A stretch of 64,000 nucleotides of DNA, taken from Cycas panzhihuaensis. Its lineage: Eukaryota; Plantae; Cycadophyta. The notes under the pieces are model-generated. The model ran no database searches. It saw only the letters and a list, made by a program, of their open reading frames with translations, and was not told where the DNA came from. The position numbers and the translations under genes are program-made. Below are positions 52,001 through 61,465 of the stretch, in pieces (within the stretch, counting starts at the first letter, position 1; each line of letters begins with the position of its first letter). Location: contig CM041465.1 in assembly GCA_023213395.1 (NCBI GenBank), forward strand, positions 191,277,741 to 191,341,740, written 5' to 3'.

Positions 52001-55000
52001 CAAATTGTCACTCACAGTTGATACGGCAAATTAGAATTCACCTGAAGAACGATAGGCAGCTGCTCCGGTGGCTTTTTTCTCTCAGATCCATGCTCAAGCC
52101 ATACCTCAAAAGCTGTCAATTGTTCTGTGAAAAAAGGACTCGGCTGCAAAACACAAGCAAGCAGCCCGGATTAACCTAACCCAAAACTCTTATCAGACCC
52201 GCAATTGCAATTGCCAAAAGATCGAGATGCCCAAGGGTTAAAAAAAAATTGAAGAAACTATCTGATATATACATGTAATGGACATATTTTCCTCTATTCA
52301 ACCTACTTGAAACACAGCATTTGGGTCAATGACCAATTTGGGAAGCTGAGCAACACAAATTTCAGCTGCCATATCCCAAGCATCCCTGTGGCACATGTTT
52401 GAAATGATTTATTTTGCAAAGCATCTGATAACTAAAAGGACACATACATGCTTGAAAACCACTATCACATAGGATGCAAATATCTTCTTGCAAATCATTA
52501 CCACATAGGGTGCTGATGTGTAGATGGTAATTGTGGAGAGGAAATCGGAGAGCAGCCTGCAGCATGCATTATGCGTTCCGCCAGCAAAAAGTTTCTGAAC
52601 AGGCTGGCCACTAGAACATCTTGCCGAAACAATCTCTGAAATAGCTCTGCAGAAAATCTACTCAGTTAGGACAACTTGATGTAAACAATACAAGAAGACA
52701 GCAAATAAAAGATGTAATAAAAGTCCCAGAGCCATATAAGCAAGACATACTAATAGATGAGATTGAGACAAATGGAACAGACCACGGGGCAATACATTCC
52801 ATGCAATGGTGTCTGCTACTGCTGTAAATATCCAATTGAGCTCCCCTAGAGGTGTTTTACGATCAATCTGCCGGCCAGGTATCTTGTCTATAAGATTAAG
52901 ATCAAAACTATCCCGGAGTAATGAGCGTGGACAAAACCTGTAAATTGCATCAAAAGAAGTCCCAATATGCCTCATTGTAATATTCTTCTTGCCATGCAGA
53001 GTTCAATAGATGTTAAAAGGGCAAAACCTAAGTGAGGAATAGAATCTAAAACAAATAAAACTAGGTAAAAGCCAACATGAACAGGAGCTGTTTTCTGTAC
53101 TCCAAAAAGACTGAAAAAATTTTCACATTTACATATACTCATGTCAGAGTAGAAATAGGATTAAGTTTGAGACCTAAATAAATGCATTAAAAAACTAGAA
53201 GAAAAACAGAACAAAAGAAATAGTTATTAAACAAGCAAAGACAAACCAGACTCCTAATTTGACATGAATTTCTCATTGTGGATACCTGGGTCTGAGGATT
53301 TCACTTGATTTCCATGTGTAGAGGGTTCCAGTGTTATGGATTATATCCCTGCTAGTTTACTCCTCATGCCTTACATCACAACCTTTGGGTTTCTGCATCG
53401 TGGTGGATTTAATGTTGTAGATTATGTTTTACTAGTTTGCTCCCGATGCCCTATGTCAAAGATGTGGGAACTCCAAGGAGAGTTCACACCTCAAACATGG
53501 ATAATATTCACACACAAAACTATCTTGCAAATATTTGCACAGGTAATCAAACAATAAAAGCTAATACTAACGAAAAAAGCACAATATCCACTACCTTACA
53601 ACACAAATAAACTTAATATCAAGTGAAATAACACCATTATTATATGTACAAAAGATACCAAACTTATAATAGAAAAACATAATGTCACTAGCTTCCTCTT
53701 TGAGGCAAGAAGTCCTCCCAGAAGAGCTCCTAAGGGGCAAAATAATATCAGATCCAGAACCAAATTTGATGCCCTAGGCCTGTGCCAAAAGGCACTATAT
53801 ATAGGTGGGTTAATCCAGTCTAAAGAAATCGACCAGAATAATAGAATTAAGTCAGTCAAACTAGCTTATTAAGTCAGCCAGAATAAGGAAGTAAAGACGG
53901 TCAAACTGGCTTTATGAAATCAGCCAAAGACAGGAGTACGAATGCCACAAGTCCCTCCCCCACAAATCATGGAAAGGTTTGTATGCTGTTAGGAAATTTG
54001 GAATTCCTAAAATCATGGTTCGATCTAATTTGTCTATCATCGTCTTCCTTTTCAGACTATTGGAGGGCCTTGGATCATTCTGGTTACAGTCCAATTTTGA
54101 CTTAAATAATCCTTCTACAACCTTAATAAGAAGCCAAATTTTTTTTCGTTCTCTTCATTTTGAATTTTCATTTCTACTCTTATTATGTCAAGATGAGCTG
54201 CTATATCCTTCTTTATATCAACCATTTCGTAGTTTAAAGTATGCATACTTTGAGCAATGTCTTCTATTGTTACTTAAGGATGGTTCATCATCTTGCCTAG
54301 TGGAAGTGTCTTCCTAGATCTTTATTCCATTCTAGGGGGAAAAAAATTGGACACAAAGTAATTCACTGATAATTTGATTCTTCAAAACTTAAATTACCTC
54401 GGACATGAGGCTCTAATATGACTTGTGGGAATTCCAAGGGGAACTCACACCTTAAACACAAAGAATATTTACACACACAACTATCTTGTAGATATTTGCA
54501 CAGGTAATCAGGCAATAAAAGCTACTACTGAAAAAAACACACGATATCCATTGATTTATAACCAAAATAGACTAAATATCAAATGAAATAACACCAATAT
54601 TATATGTACAAAAGATACTAAACTTATAATAGAAAAAAGTAATGCTAGTGGTTTCCTCTTGAATTGAATGCCGTAAGCCTAGGCCACTAATCCAGTCTAA
54701 AGAAATTGCCCAAAAAATAAGGGTTAAGTCAACCAGAATAATGGAATTAAGTCGGTCAAACTGGCTTATTAAATTGGCCAACATAAGGAAGTAAAGTCAA
54801 CCAGACTGGCTTTATGAAGCCAACCAAAGATTGGAGTAGGAACACCACAAAAGACCTTCGAGTTTCCCCTTGTTTTCCACTAACTGGCAATGCATTCTTT
54901 CTATCCACTCTTCAAGGTTTCCCCCTTGCCTCTTCATTGTTTATCATGTGAGAGTACCTAGCACACTTGCAAAATAGTTATGGGGGTTGCAAATGATTAA

Positions 55001-58000
55001 GCATACACTACCTACCCCTTAGAATGCTCCTTTTTACAAGGGACTCAAACTATCAATGGAATCCATGTATGCCTATGGAATGACCTGCCTACAATTTGTT
55101 ACTGCATATAAGTTAGAAGGCTCATAGAAGGATCAACATTCAACACAATGTATCATAGCCCGCATAACAATAACACGAGCTAGAGCTCACATAACATAGT
55201 TTTAAAAGTTATTAATGGCAAAAACATAATCCCCATTGTTTAACTATGTGAGCATACCTACTACACTACCAACATAATTAAAGAAAAAGGGAAAACACAA
55301 AAAGGTAATTAATAAGTTCTAAAAACAGCCCTAAGTTTATAGTCTCCTCAGAAACCTAAGCAACCTTTTTATAATTGTCTATTTTTTTATTAAGTCCAAA
55401 TTGAGGGAGTTAATTTTTTGTTGGAAATAGGATTCAAAGATGCTTCAAATGAATATGATTTTAGTGACATGAAGTTCTGTATCTTGCTCTCTATTCTCCA
55501 GAAGTGGACAGAATTTTATAGGGCTTGAGACTGATAGAGATACTCCCCTACAAACAAACAATTGTTTTTATTGTGATAAATTGAAGTATCATTTTTTTGT
55601 CAAAAAGTTTAAAAGACATCTCCAACAAGACTAGTATAAGAGCATTTGAATACCTTTGGCAACCCTATTAACTTCAAAAGTCGAAGATTTAGAATTCAAT
55701 ATTTCAAACAAACAAGTGCATAAATAGGTCAATTTTCATCAAAAACCTATAGCAAAACATGGACTTGTGTCACTCAAGCCAACCTAACTTCTCAAATAGA
55801 TGTAATTGAAAATTTTGCAATGTAGAAGCTCTAAAATGTCACTAAGTGAATTAAAACCCTAAAATGCATATAATTCATCTCTAATACCACTTACAACAAC
55901 CCTAATTGGTGTTTTTCTTCAGAAAAACTATAATTTGGCTAAAATATATTCTCCGAAATCTAGCAATTCCAAATAAAGAACACGTATAAGATACTTGATA
56001 ATCAACAACTCACCATAAAAGATATGGAACATGCACCTACGTGTACTATAAACGAAAAATAAAATATCAGTACCTTAATAATAGGATGGTGTCTAGTAGA
56101 TGAGTAATCTAGTAAGTGAAACCTATAATAGCTTAGCACTTCTTGAGACGAGTCGCCTCCAACTAGTTCATCCTACAAGGACTCATCCAAAAGGCCTAAC
56201 CCATAATAATATCTAAACATTGTTGTATAGAGTGATCTCTGAAGGGGTATATATACTACCTTTCCCCTTGATCTCTCATCCCTAACTCAATGATGGCAAA
56301 TATCACAAGCCATCACCACCTCCACACCCAAAAGAAAAGATATATGGCTTTAGTGCACATTATACAATAATAGATCACTTACAAAAACATCATTATTAAA
56401 CACACCCTAAGGACACTTCCTAAGCAAACCATATGTTACTCCCCCATTAGGTTGACAGCATACAAGAGTCATAGGTTGGCTATGCACACATTAATGACAA
56501 GACATCCTAAACAAACCCTAATCCACTCCCACATTAGGCGCATAACATGCGAGAGTCATAGGTAGGCAACTGACCCAATTGAAATAACCTCCTACCAGCT
56601 TCTTCCAAGCCACAGATGACCCTTCTGTAGATGATGTCACACAACAAGAATTGGACTACATTGTGACAGATGGAAAATTTTAAGACCACACCACTTTTTG
56701 CATGTGAGAGTTGCAGGGTCCAACAGACAACAATATCCATACCCTACACTTTAGGGTATGCTCACTAGCTGTCACACACCTCGTTCGTACTTAAGACATC
56801 TACCAAACCACTTTTACTTGCACTATAGTTACTTCGTATTTAGATTACATTAAGACAGGAGATGTCTTGCACACTCCAACAGACACTTTATTGTGATTAA
56901 TTACAAGTTCCATTGGCCACTTTTGAGCATATGCAGACCTTAATATAACTACTTTTCCTTCTTTTTCTTTCTTCTACTACAAAGCCTTGGCTGTGTTCCC
57001 TTGGTTGTGACATGGAAAAATAAGCTTCGACCCCACCCCTCACCCAGTTCCAGAATCTGCAATGTTTCCTGTGAATGAAGATGCCACATTAAAAATATAC
57101 CAGAGGTCTCAGTTTATGCACACAGAATTTTAGCAATATATATGTGAATACTCTCACACGGTGCTTTTCTACATATTCTGTAGTATATCAGTAACCAGAC
57201 ATCAAGATGCTGTATTTCTAACATGTGCAGTAGGGAACTGGGGCAATCATATACCATTGTAATGCCATTTTTATTGGCGTTGTGAGGCATGAGGTGAAAA
57301 TATCAGCTGGAAATTCTGCATTCTGAGGAAGAATTTCATCTGGCCCACATGCAGCAAGTATAATGCAGTCCTTAGTCGCATCTGCAGATGAGCCACCAGT
57401 GTCGCGTTCTTGTTGCTGATCATCATCAAAAGATCTTGTCAAAACCATGCTATACTGAAATACAGCAAGAAAAGATCCAATCAAGAAAAAATCTCAATCT
57501 TCTCATACAATGCGACTGCCTGCCATTCAATATCAACATATTGGAAAAGGAAATGGCAAATTGTTTATTTACCTCTGTGAAAGCATTAACAATCATGCCT
57601 GCAGCAGAGCAATCAAAAACATATATTGAGGGTGTCCCAAGCCAAGATCCTAGATCATAAACAGATAGAGGAATATATTTGGTATAACTCTGCAATCAAA
57701 AGAAACAATCATCAGCCTACTCTCAAAAACAACACAAAGCATTACAGAAACATAAACATGAAAGGCATATTATATGCTTCACTCAACTCCCAACCTTGTT
57801 GAAAAGCCATATTTCTCCATTCACAGTTGGCTTTGGAACTCCATGACCATTGTAATGGAATAAGACGCGCTCTGATTTGGCATTCTTGCGGCAGTTGCTA
57901 CAAAGTTTCTTCACCTCATCTACGGTGGGATCGAGCTGAAGCTTATACCTAGCCTTCATGTTCCAGATAACAAAGATAGGCCCAAACTTAGTAGCAAATC

Positions 58001-58154
58001 CATTGGCAATGCATGAAAACATGCAAATTTAATAGGTTAATTTCCAACTATTCCAAATGTAAGGGCAATACCCGAGGTTGCCAACGTTCATACTGAGCTT
58101 GCAGAGTTTTCCCAATGGCATCAAGTGCTTTTGGGGCTGCCATAGTAAATGGAT
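36893..58154 (-). CDS. RAPTOR: RAPTOR (regulatory-associated protein of TOR), partial multi-exon gene: 15 exons in window, 5' and 3' exons not in window
   Basis: Diagnostic motifs [99 protein letters not shown]. All exons are bounded by GT/AG with consistent phases and total 2860 nt with no stop. Confidence 0.97.
37189..37527 (-). CDS. RAPTOR: RAPTOR exon ([14 protein letters not shown]...MRRVCSLEF...IAKCQHS)
   Basis: Within ORF 37163..37651; ttgcag acceptor, gtaagt donor; 339 nt. Confidence 0.94.
37776..38390 (-). CDS. RAPTOR: RAPTOR exon (LLRFAVGH...[11 protein letters not shown]), Ser-rich linker
   Basis: Overlaps ORF 37771..38346; gtacag acceptor, gttagc donor; 615 nt. Confidence 0.94.
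38546..38738 (-). CDS. RAPTOR: RAPTOR exon ([12 protein letters not shown]...[12 protein letters not shown])
   Basis: tttcag acceptor, gtgcaa donor; 193 nt. Confidence 0.94.
38838..39191 (-). CDS. RAPTOR: RAPTOR exon ([12 protein letters not shown]...LFDTQPE), HEAT repeats
   Basis: Within ORF 38775..39197; ttgcag acceptor, gtaagt donor; 354 nt. Confidence 0.96.
41485..41940 (-). other. Nuclear plastid DNA (NUPT): 3' end of trnK group II intron, trnK-UUU exon 2 and downstream spacer
   Basis: Minus strand reads ...GGTTTTCCTCCTATTGAAGGAGGAGATCATCCACTCCAT|CCGACGAGTTTCGGGTTCGAGTCCCAGGCAACCC, matching the plastid trnK intron end and exon 2; it interrupts the Copia RT. Confidence 0.85.
41864..41898 (-). 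pseudogene. trnK-UUU: Plastid trnK-UUU 3' exon fragment (non-functional)
   Basis: CCGACGAGTTTCGGGTTCGAGTCCCAGGCAACCC versus the canonical plastid CCGACTAGTTCCGGGTTCGAGTCCCGGGCAACCC. Confidence 0.85.
42598..43155 (-). mobile_element. Solo LTR (558 bp) with perfect 5-bp TSD CTTCT, inserted in Copia D integrase
   Basis: Inverted termini TGTAGCA...TGCTACA; cttct at 42593..42597 and 43156..43160; host frame ITLEE|AWTGKKP rejoins. Confidence 0.9.
43482..47008 (-). mobile_element. Non-autonomous Copia-derived LTR element (3.5 kb), LTRs 43482..43831 and 46644..47008, TSD ACCTT
   Basis: LTRs ~97% identical by eye plus a 15-nt duplication; PBS TGGTATCAGAGC; PPT; no intact ORF; host FIDDFTRK|VWVYFL rejoins. 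Confidence 0.95.
49561..50240 (+). mobile_element. LTR fragment interrupting the 5' LTR of Copia D, related to the 5473..6095 LTR
   Basis: Starts TG; ggctataaataggggagc...ggcctaagg...ggcac..tgtgcc..tgggag matches the reverse complement of ~5640..5760; right end uncertain. Confidence 0.6.
51151..51261 (-). CDS. RAPTOR: RAPTOR exon ([37 protein letters not shown])
   Basis: cttcag acceptor, gtaagg donor; 111 nt. Confidence 0.95.
51361..51444 (-). CDS. RAPTOR: RAPTOR exon ([28 protein letters not shown])
   Basis: ttgtag acceptor, gtaact donor; 84 nt. Confidence 0.95.
52042..52143 (-). CDS. RAPTOR: RAPTOR exon ([34 protein letters not shown])
   Basis: ttgcag acceptor, gtgaat donor; 102 nt. Confidence 0.95.
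52307..52385 (-). CDS. RAPTOR: RAPTOR exon ([26 protein letters not shown])
   Basis: cacag acceptor, gtaggt donor; 79 nt. Confidence 0.93.
52502..52646 (-). CDS. RAPTOR: RAPTOR exon ([26 protein letters not shown]...HQHPMW)
   Basis: ctgcag acceptor, gtaatg donor; 145 nt. Confidence 0.95.
52783..52937 (-). CDS. RAPTOR: RAPTOR exon (FCPRSLLR...[21 protein letters not shown])
   Basis: ttacag acceptor, gtctgt donor; 155 nt. Confidence 0.95.
53463..54849 (-). mobile_element. TRIM-like miniature LTR element (1387 bp), LTRs 53463..53949 and 54424..54849, TSD AAAGA
   Basis: TGTGG...CCACA termini, perfect TSD, PPT ccctccccc, degenerate PBS-Met; ~470-bp non-coding interior. Confidence 0.9.
57255..57454 (-). 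CDS. RAPTOR: RAPTOR exon (...[39 protein letters not shown]); alternative in-frame start at 57415
   Basis: tttcag acceptor (or gatcag 39 nt further in), gtatat donor. Confidence 0.9.
57573..57689 (-). CDS. RAPTOR: RAPTOR exon (SYTKYIPLS...MIVNAFTE)
   Basis: ttgcag acceptor, gtaaat donor; 117 nt. Confidence 0.95.
57795..57953 (-). CDS. RAPTOR: RAPTOR exon ([10 protein letters not shown]...[21 protein letters not shown])
   Basis: Within ORF 57783..58022; aag acceptor, gttggg donor; 159 nt. Confidence 0.95.
58072..58154 (-). CDS. RAPTOR: RAPTOR exon ([28 protein letters not shown])
   Basis: ctacag acceptor, gtattg donor; RNC domain sequence. Confidence 0.93.
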
Positions 58155-59713
58155 CTGTAGAAGAAACTTCGAATTAGACTTAGAACACCCTCACTCGCAT
58201 CTAACTTCGCATGTTGAAGAGCACATAGACAAGCAACATCACAGCCGCTGGCACTCATTTTAACAAGTATCAAGTAGCTAGAACTCCATTCTGTTAGATG
58301 CAAGAAAAAATGAAAAGTTGACTGTAGGGAGGAATATACTACATTCAGAAATTCTTAAAAAAAATGTGGTGTAAACTCGATTCAAGAAAATCATAATTGA
58401 TGCCCTAATGGTAAACCAATGGATTTTAAGAGGTGAAAAGGAATTTCTCTGGCTTGGTTTCATACTCTTATGATGACCTATGAGCTTTTGCGTCATATCT
58501 CGACAAAATCCCCACTCAAAAGATGAGAACTACTGCACACAGCGCACAAGGATCTCTATAGCTATTTTGCATCCCGGAGACAGCAACATATGACACAGGT
58601 GCGACCATAGAAAAGCAAATCAAGCAATAGTTTGGTCACTAATGGCAGCTGCCAAATCTGAGAAAGCTACTGCGGCAGTAAAGGTGCACTTAAGGCACTT
58701 CCCTACGGTTGCTCATGAATCTTTCTAAAGTTGCTGTATGATGCATGACCATAGCAAGTACAGCTGCAACTAGAAGTCATTATTTTGGCATGCCCACAAT
58801 TACAGGCACAAAACACATTCTCATCTAACCTAAGTAGCTAGAAATATGGAACCCAGAGCACGAGCACATACAAATATAACAATTCTAAAAATTTTAAGTA
58901 TAAAGTGATACAGCAAAATTAGGGTTTTAAAAAATACATAGAAAATTACATGCATCTGAAAGCATGCATGTGACATGCAACAAACCTAAAAACATGATAG
59001 CAAACAAACTTAGGGCTATTTCTCAATCTTATTAATGCATATTTCTTGTTAATTTTTTTCCCTTTAATAATTAAAGATCACATTTCGATTTCCCCACCTT
59101 CTTTCTCTAGCTATATCTTGTTGGAATATTCTAAGATATGCTAAAATATTCCAAATATGACTGATGCGAATCCAAGTTGTGGCCAGGGTATGGAACTCAA
59201 TACAACCCAGATATGGGCTATAGTCAGGATATGTATCCATGGCATATCCATCGAGAATTTGAGTATCTGCATGTAAGGGGTGTACGGGATACAGGCATAA
59301 CACACTCTAGAGGAGTATCGGACTACATAACATACAACTATATTTCTCTTCCTAGAACATTATCCTCCAAATCAACAGTAGACGCAAAAAAGAAGCCAGA
59401 TGAAGTCATTGGAAAAGGGCCCCAGAGGGGATCATGTTGACAAAAGTTAAAAATTAAAAATTAAAAAGAGAGAACTAGATGTGTGTACTGCAGCTGTCAT
59501 ACTTTGGTAGCTCAGTATACATAATGAAACATATATTAGATTGTATTTCCCAATCAATAGCCATTGCTCATTAACAATGTGTTGCATAATGGGAGAATGA
59601 CAAACTCTAAGTTGGTCACATTATATTAAAACAGAAATAAACATAGAAAAATGGTTCAAAATGAACCAAATGGATTTTCTACAGATTTGCTTTTTTAAGT
59701 TTCTGATATATTC

Positions 59714-60063
59714 TGTGGCATTCCTTTCTACAGTCTGGCCAACATTTATTATGCATGTTGTCTCAGTCTAGCCTATTTCAATCTAGCAGTATTTATGTCT
59801 TTTCTGGCCGAATTTCAAGAGCATTCAAGCTGAACTCCTTTCTTTATTCTAGCCGACTTCTACTCTCCCTCTTAGCCAAAATCTCTGGTATCATTCCATG
59901 CGCCTATTTATAAGGCTATTTGGCCTTGTTCATGGGCATCCTGAGGAGTTTTGATTCTGCTATATTTTTGGCGTCAAGGGCAGCAATTTGGAGGGCACCC
60001 CGCCTCAAAGAGGGAACTGGATTCAAGTGTTCATGTTTTACAAGTATTTGACAGTTATATATC

Positions 60064-60117
<54 letters not shown>

Positions 60118-61465
60118 TTTAGTTGATATTTCAGTCTATTTTTGAACTATAGAGTAGTGGTTTTAGTACAACTTATCTTTTCATTGGATAAGTTGCTTAG
60201 TTAGCCTTCAAGTGAGTGTAGCATATAAAAACTCTTATCAACATTTTAGGTGTAAAACCCTTGTGGGATTCCCACAAGCGGTATCAAAGCCTCCTACTAA
60301 GAAATTCAAGCCCAGTAGACATTATCAAGATGACCAAAAAACGACCAATAATTTTTCCCCCCATCTTCCTTGTAATGGAGTTGAGATCAGGAAGACACTT
60401 GCAGGCGGAAAAACGGTGAACCAACCATCTGTAACCATCGAAGATGTAAATAGAAGGGTAGACAACATAACCAATGGCATAGCCTGCATGGAAACAACAA
60501 TGATTGGGATTGAAGAAATGCTCTGAGGATCCCAAAAGAGAAAACAGTACCTCAAAGATGAGGCAAGAACATCAATCAAGGGAGGAAATGAATATCAAGA
60601 GCAAGACCAAGACGAATGGCAGTTCGAACCAAGCAAGGGTCTCAAAGGGGCCAAATTTTTTCTTGAAAATTTTGACTCCCATAAGTCAAGGGACATTTAC
60701 ATTTGGATTATACAAATGGAAATCTATTTCCAGACAAACGCATTGTCAAGCAAAGAACAAATGCTAGTGGCATCTCTCCACTTATACGGAAAGGCACTTA
60801 AGTGGTTCCATTGTTGGAGAAAATTCTATGGAGGAACAAATAATGACAACTATCTCTTTCTGAAAGAATGCCTTCTAGAACAGTATGAAGACACTTTGCA
60901 TATCGATTACTTCGCCCAATTGATGCACTTACAACAAACCAGTTCAACTTTGATAATACACCAAACAATTCCAAACATTACATAGCTTGGTTGACCACAA
61001 AATTGCAGAAGAATTACTCATCCAAGCTTATGTCGCAGGGCTCAAGGGAAGTATCAAATACTGCCTAAATACAATCAAAGCAATCACCTTGAGCAAAACT
61101 ATATTCCATGCTAAGAACATCGAAGCTCAATAAAGAGAAAGAAGACAGAACTATACCTACCAAATTGAACTTCCTTGCCATTAAGGCCAATATTTTAATC
61201 GAAATGGAACAAATTAGGAATGAAAAAGGATGCCCCAATTATTAAAGAAAACAAAGAAGGATCATTCGAGAATAAAATCTCCAAAGCATAGCATCTCAAT
61301 AAAGAGACGTGTTTCAAATGTTGGGAAAAATGGAACTGTGATCACAAATGTCCCTCAAAGAACGTATTCATGATTAGAAATGAGGACATAGACATTTTGG
61401 ACGAAATTGAGGAAGAACCATCAAATGATCATGACAAGGAAGAGATTGAAGAATTACTCAACATC
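59714..61465 (+). mobile_element. Gypsy-type element: 5' LTR 59714..60276, PBS-Met and degenerate gag, interrupted by Copia E
   Basis: tgtggcattcc...ggattcccaca; cggtatcaaagc; VASLHLYGKALKWF; zinc knuckle CFKCWEKWNCDHKC at ~61310. Confidence 0.85.
60064..60113. repeat. Compound (TA)n(GA)n microsatellite inside an LTR
   Basis: Direct reading. Confidence 0.95.

Noticed and set aside
59070-59340. Possible hAT-type MITE (GATAC/GTATC-rich)
   Set aside because: TIR pair and TSD could not be defined
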